Positions 54,105 through 64,000 of a stretch of 64,000 nucleotides of DNA are shown here, piece by piece. The DNA lies in NCBI GenBank assembly GCA_051294375.1, contig CM119269.1, positions 14,118,552-14,182,551 on the forward strand, read 5' to 3'. A program made the translations under genes and the position numbers. Below the pieces are notes generated by a model. The model was not told the origin of the DNA, ran no database searches, and was given only the letters and a program-made list of their open reading frames with translations. This DNA comes from Paraspadella gotoi. Lineage: Eukaryota; Animalia; Chaetognatha. The first letter of the stretch is position 1; each line of letters begins with the position of its first letter.

Positions 54105-55189
54105 CATAATAAAAATGACAAATTTGAATTATATCTTGTAGGTAGAAGACTGTTTATCTGTTGGGTCGCCCTGTGTAACTTTTATTCCTATCAGTTAAAC
54201 AAATTTTACAAGCGCTTTACGGATACGAAATACGCTGTCCGATTATGCAAACCAGCAAGAGATATCAAAAATTATCGATATGATTTTTAAATGATAATTA
54301 GTTGAGGGTAGAACATAGTAATTTAGAACATGATTGGATGGTCCAAACTCACTTTATGTGTTCAAATTTAATAACTAGAAAAAGAATTGAATCGACAGGT
54401 TAAGGATATGCCTTGAAGCAAATATGTTATAGAGTGGAGAAAGGTGTGTTAAGGAATGTAAAATCGAGAAGTTCATATTATACAACGTCACCTGTCTTCG
54501 TAGAATTCAATTTTTTTTAACTTTATAGGCTATACTTTTTTAAACAAAGTATTTATTAATATATTTAACAATTAATATCGCTCAGGAAAGAGCCCTTAAA
54601 AAATGAAGAGGAATGATATAATTGCAAGAGAGCTCTAACATTAAAATTTAAGCTTTGCCCAAGCCTTGGTTCAATATGGAGATGGTATGTGGGGCAAAAA
54701 TCGGTGAAGTTATTTAAACATTTTAAGTTTTTTTAAAAAATATATTGACATGTTTAGATTAAATCATAAATAGAGTTGATGTAAGTAAGGTATTCATGGA
54801 AAGAGCGTGAAAAAAAAAAAAGTAGTTAGCATATGCCAATTCACAATTGCATAAAAATCCTATAAATTACCTCCACGCTTATTGATTTTTGGAAAAGATG
54901 TCTTTTTTCTGAGTATCCTAATTAAAATTTAAAAGCTGGGCGTGAGTGTAAATTTTATACACTCAGTAGCGATTCTGTAAGTATGTCATTCTCTTTAGAT
55001 ATGTGAAAGGACTTTAGAAGAAATAATATTTTAATTTTATTTGTATTTCAGTATCTATGGAAAACTTACTGAACAAGTAACAGAAAAAAAATTGAATCTT
55101 AAAAAAGGTGGANNNNNNNNNNNNNNNNNNNNNNNNNAAACTTTTTCTGGAAGCGACAGGACGATCGTAAACCGCCTAGGAACCTTATT

Positions 55190-55327
55190 CCACGCAGGGC
55201 GAATGAGGAGTTAGGGAATTTTGCAGGGTGGTGCTTATAATTCGAGCCTCTGTGTATACTTGATTGGCAGGGCGAATGAGGAGTTAGGGAATTTTGCAGG
55301 GTGGTGCTTATAATTCGAGCCTCTGTG
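55190..55327 (+). repeat. Two-copy direct repeat of ~61 bp
   Basis: GCAGGGCGAATGAGGAGTTAGGGAATTTTGCAGGGTGGTGCTTATAATTCGAGCCTCTGTG occurs twice. Confidence 0.9.
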
Positions 55328-55567
55328 GGACCCATTCCACGACTCCTATAGGGGGTTAAAGAAGTAGCGGATAGTTATTTAATATTATACTATTAATATA
55401 TTATTATAACATTATTTAATAATATATTTATATTATACTATTAATCAATTAGTCATCATGATACAAGTGAACGATCATCTCGTTATTTATATTTTTATAA
55501 TTTGTATTCTGTAATCTTTAATCATCAATATTAATATAACTTTATTATTTTTGGAACCTTTCTCAAG

Positions 55568-55811
55568 GTACTACATATCAAAGCAGCAATACGAATCAGA
55601 CTATTATCCGGATTTCACTCCCGGCGCGGGATACGTTATGTCGATGCCTGCTGTGAAGCTTATCGCCGAAGCCGCCAAGGACGTTCCTTTTTTCCCGCTC
55701 CAGGACGTTTACATTACCGCGCTGGTTTTTGTGCAGCACCTCGGTTTCAAACTCACGAATTTGGAGGGCGCCATTGATGCAAAGTTTCTCATAAAAAACA
55801 CTTGCGGGTGA
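55568..55811 (+). CDS. Second, cleaner copy of the GT31 galactosyltransferase late exon
   Basis: YYISKQQYESDYYPDFTPGAGYVMS..VPFFPLQDVYITAL matches the GT31 YP.Y..G.GYV and EDVY.TG motifs. Flanks duplicate ~53550-54190 and lie next to N-gaps. Confidence 0.7.
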
Positions 55812-56666
55812 ATATAAAAAGATGAAAATTTGAATTATATCTTTAGTAGAGACTGTTTATCTGTTGGTCGCCCATGTGTAACTTTTATCTCCTACTCATA
55901 AAAACAAAAAAAAATGTTATCATTAATAAATTAAATANNNNNNNNNNGCGGGTGAATATAAAAAAATGAAAATTTGAATTATATCTTTAGTAGAGACTGC
56001 TTATCTGTTGGTCGCCCATGTGTAAGTTTTATCTCCTACTCATAAAAACAAAAAAAAATGTTATTATTAATAAATTAAATAATTATGAAAAAAAATTGTA
56101 CATCCNNNNNNNNNNNNNNNNNNNNNNNNNNNNNNNNNNNNNNNNNNNNNNNNNNNNNNNNNNNNNNNNNNNNNNNNNNNNNNNNNNNNNNNNNNNNNNN
56201 NNNNNNNNNNNNNNNNNNNNNNNNNNNNNNNNNNNNNNNNNNNNNNNNNNNNNNNNNNNNNNNNNNNNNNNNNNNNNNNNNNNNNNNNNNNNNNNNNNNN
56301 NNNNNNNNNNTATGTAATAAAAACTCCATCTGGATTTTTTAAGATAATGTTAAAATAAAACTGTTCATAATGTATTCAATATGAAACGATTTTTTATTTT
56401 ATTTTTGTTTTTTCTTGTCCTCAGGTTTTACAAAAANNNNNNNNNNNNNNNNNNNNNNNNNNNNNNNNNNNNNNNNNNNNNNNNNNNNNNNNNNNNNNNN
56501 NNNNNNNNNNNNNNNNNNNNNNNNNNNNNNNNNNNNNNNNNNNNNNNNNNNNNNNNNNNNNNNNNNNNNNNNNNNNNNNNNNNNNNNNNNNNNNNNNAGG
56601 CTGGACGGACATGCTCGCCAAAGTTGACCTCGCTTGTAGGAGATGACGAGTTCGTGGGCGGTGAAG

Positions 56667-56862
56667 CATCACCATCATCATCATCTTAATCATCATCATT
56701 GTCTTAGTCGTTATCAATATTATCATCATCATTATCAGCATCAACATCATCATCAGCATTATTATCAGCATCATCATTATCATCATCCTGATCATTATCA
56801 ACATCATCAATTTTCATCATCATCATTATCAGCGTCAACATCATCATCTTTCTTTCATCATT
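56667..56862. repeat. Imperfect (CAT)n microsatellite
   Basis: Seen directly; explains the His-rich and Met-rich spurious ORFs. Confidence 0.9.
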
Positions 56863-56958
56863 ACCTTCTTTGGTGCGAACGCGAATTTTTCAAAATATAA
56901 TGGTGATATCATAACAAATTATTCATTAACTTGCTTGGCATGTTTAACTTAATTTACT

Positions 56959-57002
56959 GCTCAGTCGGTCGAGCACAGGACTCTTAATCCGTGACTCGGG
57001 GA
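56959..57002 (+). pseudogene. tRNA-Lys(CTT)-derived fragment (pseudogene or SINE head)
   Basis: GCTCAGTCGGTCGAGCACAGGACTCTTAATCCGTG resembles the D-arm and anticodon arm of eukaryotic tRNA-Lys(CTT) (GCTCAGTCGGTAGAGCA..GACTCTTAATC). No T-arm or acceptor stem. Confidence 0.6.
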
Positions 57003-57059
57003 TGAGGAGGAGGGGACGACGAGAGGAGGAGGATGAGGAGGCGTTGAGAAGGGGAAGTG

Positions 57060-59280
57060 TTAAAGAGTTTATAATGATTTTTATCTGAATTGAGCCCTGA
57101 CCTTTTATTTTACGAAGGCTCAAACTACATATCTGAATTTGAAGTTTAATTGAATGACTCCAATAATTCTGTTTAATTCTGTTGAATTTTATACATTGAT
57201 CTATCAGCTGGCAGCTGAAACAAAGAAAATCCATAAAGGGCTTGACGAAAAAAATACTGAGAATAAACACGGCGCTTTGTCTCATTTGTTTTGGATTTTT
57301 TTTTATTTTGCGGTATTTACTGTATAAGTCATATAAATATACAGCGGTTGTGCCTATCGCGGTAGTAAATACAAGAAATAATAAAAGACATCTTTGTGGC
57401 CCTCCTAATTTTTTGAACATGTAAACTATTCCTTAGATTTCAACAAATTAAGAAATTCGGCTTGGCAATTTTCCCGGGTTCTATCGATTTAGATAGATGC
57501 GATAAGATGCAAAAAAATCGGGAAAATATCAAATTTAAAAATATAATAAAAGTGGTTAGATATAATTAATTTCTATAAAATATAGCTAAATACAAGTATT
57601 TTAAAACTCTTTTCAACTATATAAATATAAAACTTTGTATTAATAATGTTTTAAATATTATTTAAAAAATTGTATTTTTTTGAGAAAAATAAAAAAATTC
57701 AATAATAGAAAGATGTTTTTAATCAGATAGTTTTAATCAAATAATATATTATAATCAAATAAGGAGATATTATAACTGTTTTCATTTGTTAAAAAATTAC
57801 GTTTATCTATTCAATATAATAAAGTTTTTCATTTTTTGAACCACAAAAAATAAACGCGAAATAATAAACTAGGCGATTAGGAAAACTAATAAATTTATGG
57901 ATCTGTGTATTTATTAGAATGGTAGTTTGGGAGAGAAGGTGTTGAGTGAGGAGGTAGAAGGCAAAAGAAAATTAATTTATTAAAAATGTTTTTGATTTGA
58001 TATAAAAGCATCAGGCATTTCACCACCTGGTGGCCGACCTCACACTATTTTTGCCTTTAAGTAAAGTGGTTTGATATTTTTTTTTTCTTCCATTTTATTA
58101 GTTGGAGGATAAGAACAGAGTTCAGAGAGGTTATATTTTTAATAATTTTATCAATTTATGGCTTAGAAATTGTTAAAAAAACTCTTTTTATGTATTTTGA
58201 AATTTATTAAATGGAGATAGGAAGAAACAAAAGCGATGAAGACAAGAACCACTGTTTTAACAAATAAATTAAGTGAAATGAAATGGTTTTATTCAAGATC
58301 AGAGTTGTTTGGTGTAGATCTCCGCTTCCATTTTCGCATAGCCTGGCGCTTTGGGCGCTCGAAGGCCTAAGCATTCGCTTTGTAACGGGGATGCCTCTGA
58401 ACTTATTCAAAAAGCACGCAGAGTTGGGCGCTTCACAAATGTTTTGAGTGTTTATCCATCTAGTTTACTAATGTTTTATCATTTAATTTTTAAATGAGGA
58501 TAATTTTAAATAAAACAAGTTGTGGATTTTTCACAAGCAGAATTTTTTTATGTATTTGGCGAGAGCGGAGTGTTGTCGGAGCGGTGCAGTTGTTGGTTTT
58601 CATCAGTGCAATTTGTTCGGTTTTGAATTTCCAAAAGTTGGCAAGTTTTAAAGTTGGAAAGAGAGAGAGATGAAGAGAAATTCGCCTGCGTTTTTCGTAT
58701 CATTTTTTAGGGTGCGATGTTTTCGTCGTGCTCTCAAATCTCGGCCGTTTATAACGTTGGTTCATTTTTAAACGTTGCTTATTTTTTATAATTTTTATGA
58801 CAGGCACTTTTTTAGTCGTTTTAGACCACTCTATTGCGAAAGTCGGTGGCTGGTGAAGAGGAAGCAGGTATGGTTGTACGGTGTGTCGGAACTTATTTTG
58901 TCTCCACGTTATTGTCATGTATTTTGCCACGTCTGCGTCACCGGAAGAATTTAAAATTGAGACTTACGGGAAATTTCGTTTTACACTCAGCGGAGATAAA
59001 GTCAGCGAGGACTCTTTTGTCAACATCTAATTGTTTTTGGCAGCACGAAGTCCGCGATCTGTCTGTGCAAACGCCCGGACTGCAAGCGACGTGGAGAGTG
59101 AGATCAGGTGACGTGATTCAGCGAGCTTCCATTTCTTCGAGAAGGCATTGGGCCATAGAGTCAGGATGGCGTCGGATATTCGAATCCACGGGCCGTTCTG
59201 ACGTCGAGACCTCTTTTTCTTCCCTAAGGCTATGCACTCGCACCGCCGCCACAGTGCGTCAGATACAGATTTGAGTGATG
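57060..59280 (-). mobile_element. Possible decayed non-LTR retrotransposon remnant
   Basis: Minus-strand fragments resemble eroded ORF1 zinc knuckles (QRYKRPRFESTTKTS; RTNCTDENQQLHRSD) and an RT-distal segment (KLQIQICSLSLRKIKG). Interrupted by stops; similarity is weak. Confidence 0.35.
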
Positions 59281-60627
59281 GTATATTTGATTTATTGTGA
59301 AGAAATTATAACAGCTGTTGTGTATACAGACTAGAGAGATCGAGCCAACAGGATAAGTGGTTAATGAGCAACAAGTTCTGTAATCAGGTCTTGATGAACA
59401 ATAGTGGATAAAACATCTTCTTGATCCTAAAATTAATTTTGCTATTTAATCTGTAATTAGTGTCATTTTATTATTTATTATTATAATTATTATTATTATT
59501 ATGGTGTATATATTGTCAAGATTGTTACTATATTTAAGAGTAGTTTTTATTTAAAACGTATTTTCAATGGATTTTTTCATTTTTGATAAAAAGCGATTCT
59601 AACACGAAAGGGAGTGAGAGTGGTAATGGTAGGCTTATGGTAAGTCAATTAATATTTTTTTGTTAAAGCCTTATTATAAGTGTATAAGTTTAATGTAGGC
59701 TACTAAAAGTTTTTATTAAGCTTCCTAAAAAGGATATTGAACTGCGTTATGTGACTTCAGCTACTTATTTTTCCATGCTTTTTCTTAAATTTTTTACAAT
59801 TTTTATTGGAAGGAATACTTATTGCTGGTTGGTAGAAGTGCGACTCGATATTACTATATAAACAGATTTTTTAATTTTTTGGATTATGAAAACGGTTTAA
59901 TATCTCTTTGTTTTAACCTATATTTTCACTTTAAAAAGTGATTTAACCAGCTTTCTTTGATAGCAAATCGTTTGCTATTTTTTTTACAATGTTTTTTGCA
60001 TCGAAAGATGGCTTTTTAAAATCGAGAGAACGGGTAAAATTGAGCGAACGATTTCATTTTTTTACTTGGGCATGTATTATATCAAATACAAAAATTTAAG
60101 CCCATTGACACAAAGGGTGGTCATATATATAGTGCTGTGTATATTTATGCTCCCGCATATGTGAATGATGTCCGATTCTGTTGGGTTAGCCTATCTTTCA
60201 AGCAGGGCGCCCCCACTGGCCCCCCCACACTGCTGATTTTCTAAAAAGACCTCCAGGTTAACGCCCTGCTCCTTCCTCTTTATATTTAAAATAATATTAT
60301 AAACGGCCAGGTAACCAGCCTATCTAATCTTTGCTCTTCTTTTCCTAATTACCGTAATTTTGTACGTGTGCAATTTTATGTCAGGTAAAAATCATTTAAA
60401 AATAAACCATTGACTTTTTTTATTTATTAACAGAACTGATTGAATTGGGTAACCAGTGACCAGTTAGTTGTTTACTTCAGGACATAACTATTACGTTCCT
60501 TACCAAGAAACTTACCCACCGACACCAGTGAAATACGTGGGATTTTCGAGGAAAACTGTGTTATTCATGAAGATTAGAATCGATGATGTTATCGCAATGA
60601 ATTGTCGACGTGGCAGCATGTAAGAGG

Positions 60628-60723
<96 letters not shown>

Positions 60724-61212
60724 CCCCCGTGTATTTGAACTTGAATTAACTAAAAAAAATATTTTCGGCGTATTTATAAGTGATATTCTTTCGTGTTCTC
60801 GTAACCTCTATAAACGTGCTCAATCAGGTAAAACATCATGTGAAACATTTTCATCAGATCTTTTTCTTTATCAAGGATCAACTAAAAGAATATTTATCAA
60901 TTTTAAACCGGCAACAGTTTAGTCAAAATTTGTTTTGTATAAATACTATTGCATCCAGGAAAATAGTTCTTTATTCCACGTTAGTACTCAAAAGAGACTT
61001 TCCATCATTACACAAGCAAAACCTCTGGGAATGTTTTTCTTTTACATTTCCTCCTCCGGCTCAGAATTGTTGATAAATAAATCTTGTTTTTAATTCGATG
61101 TTTACAAGTTCTCGCTCACACGATGACGGGATTAAATTCGCTCTCACGGTCAAAACAAGATTTTATAAAAATCTTAACTCAATGATCTTGATTTTTATTA
61201 TCAATGAAAGCA

Positions 61213-61782
61213 ATGCCCCTGGAATTCGAGCTGTGCCCGGGAAGGAAGGTCGGTGGGGACCATCCCTGCTTCATCATCGCCGAAATCGGAATCAATCATC
61301 AAGGAGACGCGAGGATCGCCAAGAAAATGATCACGGTTGCTAAGGTAACCATTTTTCTCGGATAAAATTCTCGTAATAAATTATTTTGATCCCTGTGTTT
61401 AAAACTCCCGAAGCAAAAACTTTTAACAACTACTTGGATTTTTCCTTTCGCGCTCTCTCACTATAACAATTATTGCCAGGTTCTAAAATTATATCATTAA
61501 ATGTCTGTATTAATATTTTTTAAAATACGTAAATTAAAATTCTCAGTCTTGCGGCGTGGATTGCGTCAAATTTCAAAAACGCGAGATTTCCCATCACCTT
61601 AACGCGGCGGCGATGACGCGCCCATATGTCAACGCCAATTCCTGGGGCGACACCTACGGCGAGCACAAGATGGCGCTGGAGTTGAGACACGAGGAATTCC
61701 GGAGTCTGAAGGAATTCGCGGATGAAATCGGGATCTTCATGTCGTCGTCTGGGATGGACTTGGTGAGAGGGAAGGAGTTTCG

Positions 61783-61831
<49 letters not shown>

Positions 61832-63694
61832 ATGATAAAATTGTCCTACAGAAATCGGTGGACTTTTTGGCGGAGCTCAATCTGCCCTTCTTGAAGGTGG
61901 CTTCTCTGGACGCCAACAACCCGCATTATCTCAAGCATATCGCCGAGAAAGGGAAACCCTTGCTCATTTCTACAGGTGAAGAAAGAAAATTATTTTTTAT
62001 TTTGTTTGTTTTTTTCATTTTCATGTACTTCTTTTTATAAACTGTCTAGTGTCTAATATAGTATTTTTTTTATTTTTCAGGCATGCAAAATATGGAAACG
62101 GTGAAAAAGGCTTACGACACAGTCAAGCCGCTTTGCGAGAAATTTGCTCTCTTACAGTGCACCAGCTCATATCCATGCCCCGCAGAGGATACTCACCTCA
62201 GGTTATTTTCGGATAAAAAAGGATTTCAACCAATAAAAAAAATATTTATTCATGTAATACAATGAACTACCGTGCCTTTTGACCTTAAACAGTGAACAAT
62301 GAATATGCTACGTTGGGTAAAGGTAAGCATAATTGTTTACCTCCAGTGTTGTTCTTTGTATTGTACAAAACTGAAGTTGGGCAAATAAATAAACATTTTT
62401 AAATTTTCCCTAAAACTAACTGACAATCTAAAGCATATCGTAAATATTTCCATTAAGGTGCATCGATTTGTACAAGAGAGAATTTAACGACATTCCGATT
62501 GGATATTCGGGCCACGAGAGCGGGATCGAAATTACTCTCGCCGCCGTCGCCAGGGGCGCGAAGATCGTCGAACGACATTTTACTCTCGATAAGGTATTCT
62601 CTTTTGTTTTTTCTTCTCAATGCGCGTATTATTAGTATCGCATAGTTATTTTATTAGTATAAAAATCTTAAATCAGGAGTTTGTTAACTTATTTACCTGA
62701 CAGACGATGAAGGGCGGCGACCACAAGGCGTCGTTAGAACCTCACGAGCTCAAGTCGCTCGTCCAGGGGATCCGGTTGATCGAAAAGGCCCTCGGCGCGG
62801 AGGAGAAAATGCTCCGACCCTCGGAGATTCCATGCACCAAAAAGGCATTTAACTTTAAATGAAGGAATAAAAATGAATGCACATAATAGATAACAAATAA
62901 GATACCTAAAAAGTTGACATCGATTACCTCCTAAATATTTCCCAAGTTTTGCAAGGAGAATTGTATATAATTATTAGGTATAAATAACGCTAAATAATAA
63001 ACAATGTTTCTAAAAATAGCTCGGCAAAAGCGTGGTCGCGGCCCGAGACCTTAAAAAGGGCGAAGTCCTTGACATCAAAATGATCGACGTCAAATGCGCT
63101 GAGCCTCATGGAATTTCTCCCCAGCATCTGGACGAACTTATGGGTGAGGTTTAGGGCTATGGTGAAGGAAGGTAAGTCATTCCTAAAAATCAAATATCAC
63201 GAACCCAAAGAAGTCTGGAGTTTTATTCGCCGGAGCGGAATGCAAGGAAAATGACCGAGCCACCGGGCACAATAAGAGTCGGTCCAACCCACAATTACTA
63301 CAAATGATTTATTATTTGAAAGTTAAATCTTTGAAAGAAATTTATATAGACAATTAGACATTTAAGGATGATTTCTTACCACAGGAGTGATTTTTTTCAT
63401 GGCATTGGTACAACTACTAAATAATTATCCCTCTTACGATAAAATAACATGTTGTGGCACAATGCCACAATAACAAGATCGGACAAGCTTTTAATCACTA
63501 GTTTAATAACTCCATGAGTACCTCGCTTCCCCAATTCCTATCAATGAAGGGGTATTAAATTTTTTAACTGATTCAATTGTATAAAAATACATTGTTTTAT
63601 TCATTCAGGACACGAATTGCTACAAGATGTTCCATTCGATGTTACGATCGATGCTGATTGGGTTAAGGGTTGGAACTTTGAATCAAACAAATAA
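61213..63694 (+). CDS. NANS: Sialic acid (N-acetylneuraminate-9-phosphate) synthase
   Basis: Exons 61213-61344, 61547-61761, ~61851-61975, ~62081-62201, ~62458-62592, 62704-62844, 63020-63143 and 63609-63694. MPLEFELCPGRKVGGDHPCFIIAEIGINHQGD, VKFQK, SWGDTYGEHK, LQCTSSYP, IGYSGHESG, VERHFTLDK and LGKSVVA with the C-terminal AFP-like domain. Confidence 0.96.
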
Positions 63695-64000
63695 TTAGGT
63701 CAAAATTTGTTCAAAGAAACTTTAATGGAGAAATTTAAAATATACATTTTATTCTGTCATGCGTTCTTTGTAATTCTTTTTTATACAGTTTTCTTATATT
63801 ATATTATTATATTATATTATATTATTATGAAATTGGTACAACCAATATAAAAATTATATTATTTTTTTTTGTTTTACCAAAAAAACATTTTGAATTACTG
63901 TTTTATGTCACGAATCGACGGTTTATATATGTATTTGTTAAATCATTGAATTCAATGAGCAGCACAAAAAAAAACAAAATATATTCTAATTGAAAATGAA

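Noticed and set aside
55190-55360. GGCGAATG motif reminiscent of an HDV-like ribozyme 3' end
   Set aside because: Could not build the nested double pseudoknot by eye; it is simply a 2-copy repeat.
56421-56900. His-rich and Met-rich ORFs
   Set aside because: (CAT)n microsatellite next to an N-gap.
59040-59200. In-frame TGA in a Cys-containing minus-strand frame (possible selenocysteine)
   Set aside because: No recognisable selenoprotein motif or SECIS; better explained as a decayed transposon.
61213-63694. Horizontal transfer of bacterial neuB
   Set aside because: Seven introns and a strongly metazoan N-terminus (MPLEFELCPGR) indicate vertical inheritance.

Overview
Eukaryotic (invertebrate animal) genomic DNA, not prokaryotic. 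GC/CpG-rich exons sit in AT-rich GT-AG introns with many (GA)n microsatellites and several N-gaps. Genes in order: the 3' end of calcipressin/RCAN; a ~24 kb, ~19-exon integrin alpha; pygopus and dishevelled head-to-head; a 4.5 kb tandem duplication of a PHF24/KIAA1045-like gene; an unexplained single-exon cysteine-containing secreted-peptide-like ORF; an error-rich GT31 beta-1,3-galactosyltransferase; a decayed LINE-like remnant with a tRNA-Lys fragment; and sialic acid synthase (NANS). The integrin hosts three nested genes: a same-strand pentraxin/WSC-like/sushi single-pass receptor, an antisense 833-aa XK-related multipass protein and antisense LRRC58. Exon models were built by hand from splice sites and reading-frame phase. 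Protein identities rest on motifs recalled from known families, not on database searches. Parts of the assembly show indel errors, so some frameshifts and duplications may be artefacts.
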